A stretch of DNA of 64,000 nucleotides from assembly GCA_963666115.2 (NCBI GenBank), contig CAXXET010000008.1, positions 1 through 64,000 on the forward strand, in the 5' to 3' direction. Of this stretch, positions 34,329 to 43,294 are shown one piece after another; within the stretch, counting starts at the first letter, position 1, and every line of letters starts with the position of its first letter. A model generated the notes under the pieces. That model made no database searches. It worked only from the letters and a program-made list of their open reading frames with translations, and had not been told where the DNA came from. The position numbers were made by a program, and so were the translations under genes. Source of the DNA: Dehalococcoidia bacterium. GTDB taxonomy: Bacteria; Chloroflexota; Dehalococcoidia; UBA6926.

Positions 34329-34354
34329 GACACACGTCGAAAGGGAGTGGGGAG

Positions 34355-35551
34355 ATGGACTTTCGATTCAGCGCAGAGGAAGAGGCTCTTCGCGCCGAGG
34401 CGGCGGAGTTCGTCCGGCAGGAGTGGCGGCACAACAACAAGGACGCCTACAGCATGATCGTCGCCTCGTACGACGTGGATGACGTCGACGAGGAAGAGCG
34501 GATGCACGCCTACGCAAAGAAGCTGGCCGCGAAGGGCTGGTTCACGATGCACTGGCCGAAGGAGTTCGGCGGGTGGGGCGCGCCGCTCAGCACGCAGATG
34601 GCATACCGCGAGGCGATGGCCTATGCGGGCTCGCCGGAGATACTGGGCGGCGGAATGTTCGCGCCCATGCTGATGATGCACGGCGCGGACTGGCAGCGCG
34701 AGTTCTTCCTGCCCCGCATCGCAAGCGGAGAGATTCACCACCTCTCACAGGGCTTCTCCGAACCCAACGCCGGTTCCGACCTCGCCAACGTGCAGACCCG
34801 CGCGATCGAGGACGGCGACGATTTCGTCTTGAACGGACAAAAAATCTGGAACTCGGAGGGGCGCTGGGCGGATTGGGGGCATTACCTTGTCCGAACGGAT
34901 ACGGACGCGCCCAAGCACCGTGGCATCTCCTACTTCATCATCGACATGAACGACCCCGGCGTGACGCTCCGGCCGCTCTACGACGGGCTGGGACGGTGGC
35001 GCTGGAGCGAGGTGTTCCTGGAGGACGTGCGCGTTCCCAAGCGCAACCTGATCGGCGAACTGAACCGCGGCTTCTACACAGCGATGACGACGCTGAGCTT
35101 CGAGCGCTCACAGGTGGAGATTCCGGCGCGCCTGCAGCGTTACATGGAGCAGTTTATCGAGGCCTACGAGGAACGCGGGGAGGCGGGGCTTGACACCGTG
35201 CTGGACGACCCCGTCGCCCGGCACAAGCTGGCGGATTTGCGCGTGCAGATAGAGACGACGCGGATGCTCTGTTACCGCGTCGCGTGGCTCCAGACGCAGG
35301 GGCAGGTGCCGGACAGGGAAGCCTCCATGGTGAAGGTGACCGGCGACGAGGTTGGCTGGAACGTGTACAACGTGCTGGCGCAGCTGGCGGGCGACGACGC
35401 GCTGATTGCGCCGCGCGGCAGCCGGTTCGCGCCGATGAACGGCTTTCTGGGCGCGAACGCGTGGCTCACGCGCGGCCTCGCCATCGGCGGCGGCACCGAC
35501 GAAGTCCAGCGCAACATCATAGCCCAACGCGGCCTGGGGTTGCCGAGATAG
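34355..35551 (+). CDS. Acyl-CoA dehydrogenase family protein
   Basis: QGFSEPNAGSDLA, LNGQKIW, EVFLEDVRVP, IGGGTDEVQRNII; ATG 34355 after GGGAG. Confidence 0.93.
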   Translation: MDFRFSAEEEALRAEAAEFVRQEWRHNNKDAYSMIVASYDVDDVDEEERMHAYAKKLAAKGWFTMHWPKEFGGWGAPLSTQMAYREAMAYAGSPEILGGGMFAPMLMMHGADWQREFFLPRIASGEIHHLSQGFSEPNAGSDLANVQTRAIEDGDDFVLNGQKIWNSEGRWADWGHYLVRTDTDAPKHRGISYFIIDMNDPGVTLRPLYDGLGRWRWSEVFLEDVRVPKRNLIGELNRGFYTAMTTLSFERSQVEIPARLQRYMEQFIEAYEERGEAGLDTVLDDPVARHKLADLRVQIETTRMLCYRVAWLQTQGQVPDREASMVKVTGDEVGWNVYNVLAQLAGDDALIAPRGSRFAPMNGFLGANAWLTRGLAIGGGTDEVQRNIIAQRGLGLPR

Positions 35552-35655
35552 GCACCCAACCAACGCGCCTATAATCAACCATGCTTGGCACCTCGTTTGA
35601 GAACCTCATCACCCCTGATGAAGCGGCCTCAAAGGCAGCAACATAGAAAAGCACC

Positions 35656-37389
35656 ATGAATCGTAGCGCAAAGGTCCTCGGCATATTCGGCATGATTGCG
35701 CTAGTGATCCTGGGCTTCGCACTGGCATTCAATCAATTTTCGCCTCGCCAAGAACCTGTAGTCGCGCCTTCTCCTACAATCACTGCAGAGCCTAAGGTTA
35801 CGCTGACTCCTACACCTGCCGCGACATCCCAAGTCCTTACATCGACTCCCGTGCCGGTTGTGACAACACCGCCCTTCACACCGTCCCCCGCACCGACTGC
35901 TACATCATCATTTGTCCTCACGGCAACACCTGCTCCAACTCCTTCGTCTGAACCAGAATTAGATTTGGTGGCAGCGCGAATTGCAGCGAGGAACTTGAAA
36001 GACCAAATGCAAGCTGTGTATTACATCTGCACGCAATCTTCCTGTGGCACGGCATCCTACGTGAAATTCGCAGAGCCTGGTGGTTCCGTCTCTTACTACA
36101 TCCTCACTGCTGCCCATATATTGTGTGACGACGATGGTGATGCCTGCTCGCATACCGCTGCGGTGCGGAGGGTCTCTATCGGCGAGCCGACCGGTTGGTA
36201 CGAGACACGAGTGGTTCATATCGACTGGGCTAAGGACGTGGCTTTGCTAAATCCCGTTACCGAATTGCGCCAAGTCTATGCTTCACATGGCGTCAGCCTA
36301 GAAAGAGAGTGGTTTGACACTGCTTTGCCGGTGGGAGAGCTCCCATCACGCGGAGCAAGCATGGTCGCCATCGCGTCAAATGGGCTGAAAATCGAAATGA
36401 CAAATGACAGGGAAAGCTATTCTGGCTCTTGTTCAAGACCGGACTACTGTGCACCAGTCTTGGGGCAGGCGTTGAATGGCACATCGGGTAGTCCCGTAAT
36501 TGACGCCCATGGCAGAGTCGTTGGCATTATCACCGGTGGGTGGGAGAGTGACCGTCAGCATATCGTTATTGCTACCGGAGATGGGATCTTGAGGGCTATA
36601 AGGGATGCTCCGACATCCACGACAACTACGCCGCCACCAACACTCTCGGTCCCATGGACACCAGCGCCCGTCCCCACAGCAACACCTATCCTAACGCCAA
36701 CATCTGATCCTGACTCGGACTCCATCATTCGTGAAACGACCTCAGTACCGTTGTTGTTGGGATACAAGATGCATGCTGTGTACCAGATTTGCACCCTGAA
36801 AGCTTGTGGCACAGCGTCCTACGTTAGATTCACAGAGCTTGACGGTTCCGTCTCTTACTTCATCCTCACCGCCGCTCATGTACTTTGCATCGATAATGGC
36901 ACTAGATGCTCACACAACGCTGGGGTGCGAAGGACGGTTGTAGGCGCGACCGGTTGGTATGAGACACAATTGCTTTATGTTGATTGGTCTAAAGATATTG
37001 CGTTGCTAAGTCCAGTCGACGAATTCACATTGCAGTACCGTTATGATTACAGCATAATCACATTCGAATACAAATGGTTTGACGCCGCTTTATCACTAGC
37101 ATTTCTTCCGCCACGTGGGGCGGCATTGACCGCTATCGCATCGAATGCGTTCACTATCGAAATGGTCAATAATAAGGCATCCTATTGGGGCTCTTGTTCA
37201 AGTCTGGACTATTGTGAGCCGGTATTGGGTGAGGCAGTAGATGGCATGGCAGGTAGCCCTGTGGTTGATAGATTTGGCAAAATCGTCGGTATCGTCACCA
37301 GAGGATGGAAGAGCGATCGTCAACATGTTGCGATTGTCACCGGCGACGGAATTTGGCGGGCTATAAGGGACTTTCAAGATAGCCAGTAA
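35656..37389 (+). CDS. Membrane-anchored/secreted protein with two trypsin-like domains
   Basis: N-terminal hydrophobic segment, Pro/Thr linkers; domain 1 LTAAH/KDVALL/GTSGSP, domain 2 LTAAH/KDIALL/GMAGSP; visibly AT-richer than flanks. Confidence 0.85.
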   Translation: MNRSAKVLGIFGMIALVILGFALAFNQFSPRQEPVVAPSPTITAEPKVTLTPTPAATSQVLTSTPVPVVTTPPFTPSPAPTATSSFVLTATPAPTPSSEPELDLVAARIAARNLKDQMQAVYYICTQSSCGTASYVKFAEPGGSVSYYILTAAHILCDDDGDACSHTAAVRRVSIGEPTGWYETRVVHIDWAKDVALLNPVTELRQVYASHGVSLEREWFDTALPVGELPSRGASMVAIASNGLKIEMTNDRESYSGSCSRPDYCAPVLGQALNGTSGSPVIDAHGRVVGIITGGWESDRQHIVIATGDGILRAIRDAPTSTTTTPPPTLSVPWTPAPVPTATPILTPTSDPDSDSIIRETTSVPLLLGYKMHAVYQICTLKACGTASYVRFTELDGSVSYFILTAAHVLCIDNGTRCSHNAGVRRTVVGATGWYETQLLYVDWSKDIALLSPVDEFTLQYRYDYSIITFEYKWFDAALSLAFLPPRGAALTAIASNAFTIEMVNNKASYWGSCSSLDYCEPVLGEAVDGMAGSPVVDRFGKIVGIVTRGWKSDRQHVAIVTGDGIWRAIRDFQDSQ

Positions 37390-37400
37390 GGCACCCTCAA

Positions 37401-37439
37401 TTACATCATGCGGACGTAGTCGGGACCCATGCCGGGCGG
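37401..37439 (-). repeat. Repeat A: copy of the 3' end of the 38102-38665 gene
   Basis: 35/39 nt identical to 38102-38140; encodes PPGMGPDYVRMM* vs PPGMDPDDARMM*. Confidence 0.85.
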
Positions 37440-37546
37440 AGGGCCCAGTTCCGTAATGGGTGGATGCTCATCTGCGAGTCCATCTTTGGCTGCGATGATG
37501 ATGAGCGGGGATTTCGGTGGGGTTCGATGGAATTGGCCTGCGCCTC

Positions 37547-37575
37547 TTGACATCCGTTGCTCATGTCCCTATAAG
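37547..37575 (+). promoter_or_regulatory. Candidate sigma70 promoter of the 63-aa ORF
   Basis: TTGACA-17 nt-TATAAG. Confidence 0.55.
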
Positions 37576-37622
37576 AGAGGGCTATAGAAATTCCCCGTCT
37601 TAGGAAAGGAGGAGCAGACACT

Positions 37623-37814
37623 ATGTCTCAAGCAGACCACCTCCAAGAGCATATGGAGAGTGTACGAGAGGCACTACTCGGGCTAAGGATAGCAATCACC
37701 GACCTAAAAACTCGGCGTTTAAATGGGAGCGATGAGTCATCGCTTGACCGCTTCCTAAATGACGCGCTCAAGGTCTTAGGCAAGGCCATTGACAAAGAGG
37801 GCAACTGGAGATGA
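37623..37814 (+). CDS. Small hypothetical helical protein (63 aa)
   Basis: Strong RBS AAAGGAGG, upstream promoter and downstream terminator. Confidence 0.65.
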   Translation: MSQADHLQEHMESVREALLGLRIAITDLKTRRLNGSDESSLDRFLNDALKVLGKAIDKEGNWR

Positions 37815-37876
37815 GAGGCGGTGTGTAGGAACGTGTTATGCCCCGCCCCTTTGAGCTTCGATAGTATGGTTGCTCC

Positions 37877-37908
37877 TCCCCCGCTCAGGGTGAGCGGGGG
37901 ACTTCTTT
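37877..37908 (+). terminator. Intrinsic terminator
   Basis: TCCCCCGCTCA-GGG-TGAGCGGGGGA 11-bp stem then CTTCTTT. Confidence 0.7.
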
Positions 37909-37920
37909 GAGTGGCGTTAA

Positions 37921-38037
37921 GTCAAGCGGCGCTTACGTCGTCCAGTAGCCGCTGCCCCGCAGCTGCCGCACGCCCGCAATAGTGAGCACGATGGGCAGAA
38001 GCGTATCAACGACCGCCCAGATGCCCCAGGCGCTGTG
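37921..38037 (-). pseudogene. Repeat B: orphan 3' fragment of the 39474-39917 membrane protein gene
   Basis: Encodes HSAWGIWAVVDTLLPIVLTIAGVRQLRGSGYWTT* vs HSAWVIWAVVDTLLPITLGIAGVRQMRSNYWMT*; shared flanking GTCAAGCG; in-frame stop shortly upstream. Confidence 0.85.
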
Positions 38038-38101
38038 CCAGACCGGAACCTTATTCGCGAAGCGGCCACAATCCCATTACAGCCAGTAGGACATCCTCGA
38101 C

Positions 38102-38665
38102 TCACATCATGCGGGCGTCGTCGGGATCCATGCCGGGCGGCTCTTCCATCAGGACTGCTACATGTCCTGCAAACTCAAATGGAATGAACCGATGACTACG
38201 AATACCAGCAGACTCCTTCCTGAGCAATTTCTCGCAAGTCGTGCAGAATCTAGTCGATGAATCGCCATGAGTCTTAATCGGGTCACCCATAGACTTTGGA
38301 ACCAGTGGGCGGACATGGTTAATCTGCGTCAGTGTATTCTTGCAGATGGCCTTGGCAGGCACATCCGGGGGCCGTAGGAGATCATGCTTGCGTATAACGT
38401 GAACTCTTGCTTTATGCCCAGCTTTGTTCGTTACCAGAAACAGGTCGCGCCAACTATCTGTCCGGTTGGATACAACCAGCTTAGTGCGGCTGCCCCTTTG
38501 ATCCGAGATCAAATCCCCCAAGCAATGATCACAGACCATACGCTCGTGCATGTTCGCGGGAAATCCCGCACCGCACCGTAAGCACACCTTGAGAAGAGGG
38601 TACACCACTCTACCTCGTTTTCTCCCTAAGACTCTTAGCTCCGCAACGTTGCATGTCTTCATCAA
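38102..38665 (-). CDS. Hypothetical Cys-rich protein
   Basis: 187-aa ORF with CLRC, CDHC, CTTC; AT-richer; ends in repeat A. Confidence 0.5.
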   Translation of the reverse strand: MMKTCNVAELRVLGRKRGRVVYPLLKVCLRCGAGFPANMHERMVCDHCLGDLISDQRGSRTKLVVSNRTDSWRDLFLVTNKAGHKARVHVIRKHDLLRPPDVPAKAICKNTLTQINHVRPLVPKSMGDPIKTHGDSSTRFCTTCEKLLRKESAGIRSHRFIPFEFAGHVAVLMEEPPGMDPDDARMM

Positions 38666-38749
38666 GGATAGGAGAACAAGGGTGCGTGGTCAAGCTTCAC
38701 ACATCGTTACGTGCGTTTGTGGGCATCTCCTGCGAAACTAGGAGTCGCT

Positions 38750-38785
38750 TTGACTGGTCATTCCGTTAGCCGTATCATTGGCTAA
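38750..38785 (+). promoter_or_regulatory. Promoter with overlapping palindromic operator for the Phd-VapC pair
   Basis: TTGACT-17 nt-TATCAT; TTAGCC...GGCTAA inverted repeat brackets the -10. Confidence 0.7.
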
Positions 38786-38808
38786 GTGACTCCAGAGAGG
38801 GCATACAC

Positions 38809-39054
38809 ATGGTTACCGTCAACGTCCACGAGGCCAAAACCAACCTGTCTCGCCTGCTTGCTCAGGTGGAGGCGGGCGAAGAGGTAGTCATCGCCCGCAA
38901 CGGCACGCCGGTGGCGCGGCTGGAGCGGGTCAAGCCGCGCGTGAAGCGGCAACCGGGCCGTTGGAAGGGCAAGATAAGTATCGACGACAGTTTCTTTGAT
39001 CCGCTTCCGGACGAGGAGCTGGCGCGCTGGGAAGGCAGGGAAATCCCTGATTGA
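38809..39054 (+). CDS. Phd/YefM-family antitoxin
   Basis: VNVHEAKTNLSRLL...GEEVVIARNGTPVARL. Confidence 0.93.
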   Translation: MVTVNVHEAKTNLSRLLAQVEAGEEVVIARNGTPVARLERVKPRVKRQPGRWKGKISIDDSFFDPLPDEELARWEGREIPD

Positions 39055-39440
39055 GACTACTACTCGACACTCACGCCCTGATCTGGTGGCTCGTCGACAA
39101 TAGCCGTCGATTGCCAGAAGCTGTCCGTATCGCCCTCGAGGACGAAACAAACGAAATCCTCGTCAGCGCGATAACGGCATTTGAGATAACGACTAAGTAC
39201 AGGCTGGGAAGATTGGATGCGGTGACTGACTTCGTCGATGATGTCGGAGGGGCTGTCGCTGCCGAAGGATTTGATGAGCTTCCGGTTTCCCTGGCAGATG
39301 CCGCCCGTGCAGGCGCGCTGCCCGGACCAAATCAGGACCCGTTTGACAGGATGCTCATGGCGCAGGCCCTCAACCGCGACCTCACGCTCGTCTCAAACGA
39401 GATTCTCTTCGATCAATACGGCGTCCGCCGCCTCTGGTGA
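39051..39440 (+). CDS. vapC: VapC/PIN-domain toxin
   Basis: LLLDTHALIW, DPFDRMLMAQA; TTGA overlap with the antitoxin stop. Confidence 0.93.
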   Translation: MRLLLDTHALIWWLVDNSRRLPEAVRIALEDETNEILVSAITAFEITTKYRLGRLDAVTDFVDDVGGAVAAEGFDELPVSLADAARAGALPGPNQDPFDRMLMAQALNRDLTLVSNEILFDQYGVRRLW

Positions 39441-39473
39441 AGTATCGCGTCGGTCAAGCGTGCCGTGCCGCCG

Positions 39474-39917
39474 TTACGTCATCCAGTAGTTGCTCCGCAT
39501 CTGCCGCACGCCCGCTATGCCGAGCGTGATGGGCAGGAGCGTATCGACGACGGCCCAGATGACCCAGGCGCTGTGGTTGCCGTCAAGAGAGTCGCTGCCA
39601 TGCGCGAGCAGGCTGAACCAGTTGTGCAGGAACAGGATCGTGACGGCGACGATCCCGTAGAACGTCCCGTTGACGGCAATGTACCGTGAGGAATCACTGT
39701 TGCCCATGGCGCGCTGCCGCCTCTCCTCCTGCTTGTCCGCAAAGCTCACTGCCAGGCCGATGACCAGCGCAATGAGCATGAGGACGTCCAGCACGTACCA
39801 GACGGCCTGGACGTCAAACGTGTCGTTCGCGACGAAGAATGAATTGATGATGAAATACACAACGACGGCGAGGCTCACCGCAATCAGGTAGATGCCTCCG
39901 ATTTGCTTCACGCCCAT
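39474..39917 (-). CDS. Hypothetical 4-TM membrane protein
   Basis: 147 aa, four hydrophobic segments, RBS AGGAGG. Confidence 0.8.
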   Translation of the reverse strand: MGVKQIGGIYLIAVSLAVVVYFIINSFFVANDTFDVQAVWYVLDVLMLIALVIGLAVSFADKQEERRQRAMGNSDSSRYIAVNGTFYGIVAVTILFLHNWFSLLAHGSDSLDGNHSAWVIWAVVDTLLPITLGIAGVRQMRSNYWMT

Positions 39918-39966
39918 GACAACCTCCTGTCACCGGTTTCCGTCCCCGTATCGGCCCCCAGGCCGG

Positions 39967-40479
39967 CTAGCGCGCCGCCTCCTGATCGCTTCCGTGCAGG
40001 TTTACCGAGACCCAGCCGCTCGCCGTTGCTCGACCGGACGCATACGGCCGTCCGTCGCTCACCCTTGTTAGCTCCGAGGCGGGGAACGGAGCGTCCAGCC
40101 GCTCAAGCCCCGCAACCGTCAGGAGGTTGACGCTGGGCCGGCCGATAGCGCCGTGCCCGCTGCCGTAGAGGGTGCTTGCGGCGGGCTGGCGCTGCTGTAT
40201 CTCTTCGTACACCCGATCCCTCTGCTCGTCCGGCATGGACATTGGGTCCGCCCACGCCACGATCTGGCCGGTGTATGCGACGGTGTCCTGCCGCTCGGTC
40301 GTCGATACGTACAGCCGCATCGGATTCTGCGATGTCGGCGGCGATTGGCTGAGCGCGAGGATACGAGTGGACGAGTACGGCTGTAGATAGTGCGCTTCGC
40401 CCGGATGATTCTGCTGAGCCTCGATGATTTCGTCGAGGACGCTCTGAAATATGCCGACAATGAAAAGTGCCTCAGTCAC
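39967..40479 (-). CDS. Hypothetical protein
   Basis: ORF with GTG start after AGGAGG; globular composition; no family recognised. Confidence 0.65.
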   Translation of the reverse strand: MTEALFIVGIFQSVLDEIIEAQQNHPGEAHYLQPYSSTRILALSQSPPTSQNPMRLYVSTTERQDTVAYTGQIVAWADPMSMPDEQRDRVYEEIQQRQPAASTLYGSGHGAIGRPSVNLLTVAGLERLDAPFPASELTRVSDGRPYASGRATASGWVSVNLHGSDQEAAR

Positions 40480-40572
40480 TGGCGAACCTCCTAGTCCTCT
40501 GCCCAACCCCCAAATGATAATGCAGATACCCTGGCATCCGCGACAGTTATCCCGCCCCAGGCCAAACTGAGA

Positions 40573-41634
40573 TTAACCTGCCACGTCCACCGTTGCGCCC
40601 GTTGCATGGGATTCCTGGATCGCGTCCAGCACGCGCTGGCATTGGAGACCGTCGTGGAAGTTCGGCGCGGGCGATTGGCCCGACTCGATGCCGCGCACGA
40701 AGTCCTGGACCTCCAACCGGAACGGCAGCAGTCGATGATCGCGATCATCATCGAATGGGTGCAACTCCTCCGGTATCGGGATGGTCCGGAGCTCGCGGGA
40801 ATCGTCATCAAGCCGCCCGACGCGAACGATGCCCTCCGGCGCGGGATTGGGGCCGGACTGGCTGAGGTGAATGGAGCCCTCCGTGCCGTAGATCTGGATG
40901 GACGCGCCCTGCCCGAGCGGGGCGTTGAGGCTGCACGTCAGATTCCCCCACGCGCCGTTGGCGAAGTCCATGTGAACGCTGAACGCGTTGTTCGTATCGG
41001 CCAGGCTGAACCCCTCCGGCACGTTGCCGTGGAGCGCGCCGCTGACGCGCGATACGTCGCCGAACCAGTGGCGCATCCCGTCGATGAAATGGGAGCCAAG
41101 CGCGCCGAGCATCCCGCCGCTGCCGGCGGACGGCGCAGGCGGCGCCGCGCCGGGCCGACGGGCGAACCGCAAATGCAGCGTGGCGGAGATGTGCCGCGGC
41201 TCGCCGATCTGGCCCTCATCGATAAGCTGCCGCGTATAAGCCCGCTGCGGCGCGAAACGAAACTCGTGTGCAATCATGTGCGTCACACCCCGCTCAGTGG
41301 CCATGGCAAGAAGCTCCTCAGCCTCGGATGCGTTGGTGGTGAACGGCTTCTCGCACATCACGTGCTTGCCCGCCTCCAACGCGGCGCGGGTCATCTCATA
41401 GTGCAGGTTGGGCGCCGTCACGACGCTAACGGCATCGACGTCCGGATGCGCCACAAGCTCCCGGTAATCGGTAACGGCGTGCGGGATGCCAAACTTCTCA
41501 GCCGCGCCCTGCGCCCGTTCCGCCCGGCTCGCGCACACCGCGACGACCTCCACCCCCTCGGACTGAAACCCAGGAATATGAACCGTCGCCCCAAACCCAA
41601 CCCCAATCACCCCAACCCGAACCGCTGCCATCAT
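40573..41634 (-). CDS. Gfo/Idh/MocA family oxidoreductase
   Basis: VGVIGVGFG, AGKHVMCEKP, GGMLGALGSHFID. Confidence 0.93.
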   Translation of the reverse strand: MMAAVRVGVIGVGFGATVHIPGFQSEGVEVVAVCASRAERAQGAAEKFGIPHAVTDYRELVAHPDVDAVSVVTAPNLHYEMTRAALEAGKHVMCEKPFTTNASEAEELLAMATERGVTHMIAHEFRFAPQRAYTRQLIDEGQIGEPRHISATLHLRFARRPGAAPPAPSAGSGGMLGALGSHFIDGMRHWFGDVSRVSGALHGNVPEGFSLADTNNAFSVHMDFANGAWGNLTCSLNAPLGQGASIQIYGTEGSIHLSQSGPNPAPEGIVRVGRLDDDSRELRTIPIPEELHPFDDDRDHRLLPFRLEVQDFVRGIESGQSPAPNFHDGLQCQRVLDAIQESHATGATVDVAG

Positions 41635-41752
41635 CCACCCCTCCCCGCATGCCACGCGCCCACACATCACGCCGCCTCAAACCGCCCCAGCCGCCTGTAC
41701 ACTATGAGTATGGCATGACACTCCTTCAGATGAAGCGCAAGGAGGGGAACAC

Positions 41753-42019
41753 ATGAAACAACTCACCGTTAGAGGATTCGACGACGAACTAAGCGAGTGC
41801 ATCCGCCGAGAAGCCGAGCAGGAGGGAATCTCCCTCAGCAAGGCAGCCCTGCGGTTGCTGCGCCGCGGAGCGGGCCTGCCTCAGCCTACTGTCAAGCCAC
41901 CAGAAATCGGGCGTTCTCTGGATCGATTTGCGGGGGTATGGACGAAGGAGGAGGCCGAAGAGTTCGACCGAATCATCAAGGAGAGCTTTGAGGGCATCGA
42001 TGACGAGGATTGGCAGTGA
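41753..42019 (+). CDS. RHH-type (FitA/VapB-like) antitoxin
   Basis: MKQLTVRGFDDEL...SLSK N-terminus, acidic C-terminus, GTGA overlap with PIN toxin. Confidence 0.85.
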   Translation: MKQLTVRGFDDELSECIRREAEQEGISLSKAALRLLRRGAGLPQPTVKPPEIGRSLDRFAGVWTKEEAEEFDRIIKESFEGIDDEDWQ

Positions 42020-42414
42020 ATGCCCTCCTTGATACGAACGCATACTCAGCGTTCTTCGCGAACAATCCCCAGGTATTGATGCTGATACGGGGTGCAGACC
42101 ATGTCTACATTTCAGCCATTGTTCTTGGTGAGCTGTTGCAGGGTTTCCTAGGCGGGTCACGTTTCGAGCAGAATAACCGGCTCCTGCAGGAGTTCCTCAT
42201 GGACTCAAGAGTGTCGGTCCTGAATGTGACCGCGACGACCGCTGGTTACTACGCTGAAATACGTCAATCTCTCCGCGCCAAGGGCCGCCCCATCCCGACG
42301 AACGATATATGGATTGCCGCCCACGCCATGGAAACCGGCGCGGAACTGATCTCAGCAGACCGCCACTTTGAAGAGGTGGACGGCCTGGCATGGGCGAGGG
42401 TGGGGGCAACGTAG
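42016..42414 (+). CDS. vapC: VapC/PIN-domain toxin
   Basis: LLDTNAYS, IVLGEL, IPTNDIWIAA, SADRHF. Confidence 0.94.
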   Translation: MNALLDTNAYSAFFANNPQVLMLIRGADHVYISAIVLGELLQGFLGGSRFEQNNRLLQEFLMDSRVSVLNVTATTAGYYAEIRQSLRAKGRPIPTNDIWIAAHAMETGAELISADRHFEEVDGLAWARVGAT

Positions 42415-42569
42415 GCGCTTGTGAGCACCCTACTCCCAACCGCCCACGCCGCTAAGAGTATGGAGCGGGAGGGGGTGCAGGGCGGCACAGACGTCACCTT
42501 GACGCTCAAACACGCCACACTGACAATGACTGGCACGACACTCCGGCGCGTGTGGCGCGAGGGGGGCAG

Positions 42570-42899
42570 ATGAAGCAACTGACAGTTAGAGGATTCGACG
42601 ACGAACTGAGCGAACACATCCGCCGGGAGGCTGAGCAGGAGGGCATCTCCCTCAGCAAGGTAGCCCTGAGGCTGCTGCGGCGCGGAGCGGGGCTGCCGTC
42701 GCCAAAGGCACGGAAGGACGAAGCGGGGTTGCGGTTTGACGAGAACTCCGGCCCCTCCGGCGTCGATCCTGGCACGCTACGCAGGCTCGCAAGACTTCCT
42801 GTAGAACAACGCGAGGTGGTTCTGTCGGGCGCATCCGTTCTCGTAGATGCCGAAGAAACTGAGGCATGGGACTCAACCCTGAACGACGGGCTGGACTAG
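42570..42899 (+). CDS. Chimeric antitoxin: same RHH N-terminus as 41753-42019, unrelated C-terminus
   Basis: First 43 aa are 41/43 identical to the upstream antitoxin; C-terminus ...EETEAWDSTLNDGLD. Confidence 0.8.
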   Translation: MKQLTVRGFDDELSEHIRREAEQEGISLSKVALRLLRRGAGLPSPKARKDEAGLRFDENSGPSGVDPGTLRRLARLPVEQREVVLSGASVLVDAEETEAWDSTLNDGLD

Positions 42900-42913
42900 G
42901 GACGGGCCGCGCT

Positions 42914-43273
42914 TTGACTACTAATGCCCCAACACGTGGCGAGGTCTGGCTGGTACGGATGCCCCAGGCCGTAGGGGTTGAATTGCAGCGAGATCGCCCC
43001 GCAGTCGTCATTAGTTCCAGTACATTTGATGAGCAGGATGTCCGTATTGTCGTGCCGCTTTCGAGTTGGCGAGACGGGTTCGCTGGAAGACTCAACAAAG
43101 TTCCGATTCAACCCGATGAGCAGAATGGTCTGAATGCAGTTTCGGCGGCCGATTTCCTACAAGTTCGCAGCATTTCTACCCAGCGGTTCCTAAGGCGCAT
43201 AGGCGAACTAGATGCCACCTTGGTCGAAGAAATCGTCGCCGGTGTGGCCGTCGCCATCGAGTACCAGCCTTAG
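42914..43273 (+). CDS. MazF/PemK-family endoribonuclease toxin
   Basis: RGEVWLV...GVELQRDRPAVVIS...VVPLSS...QVRSIS...RIGEL. Confidence 0.92.
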   Translation: MTTNAPTRGEVWLVRMPQAVGVELQRDRPAVVISSSTFDEQDVRIVVPLSSWRDGFAGRLNKVPIQPDEQNGLNAVSAADFLQVRSISTQRFLRRIGELDATLVEEIVAGVAVAIEYQP

Positions 43274-43294
43274 GACGCTCGACTATTTGTTGAT

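Noticed and set aside
33821-34354. 576-aa version of the acyl-CoA dehydrogenase
   Set aside because: The extension is an off-frame read of the upstream membrane gene; MDFRFS at 34355 has its own RBS.
37401-39575. Diverged repeat pairs as a diversity-generating retroelement (TR/VR) or integron array
   Set aside because: No reverse transcriptase or integron integrase in the window, mismatches are not confined to adenines and include indels, and no attC-like structure was seen.
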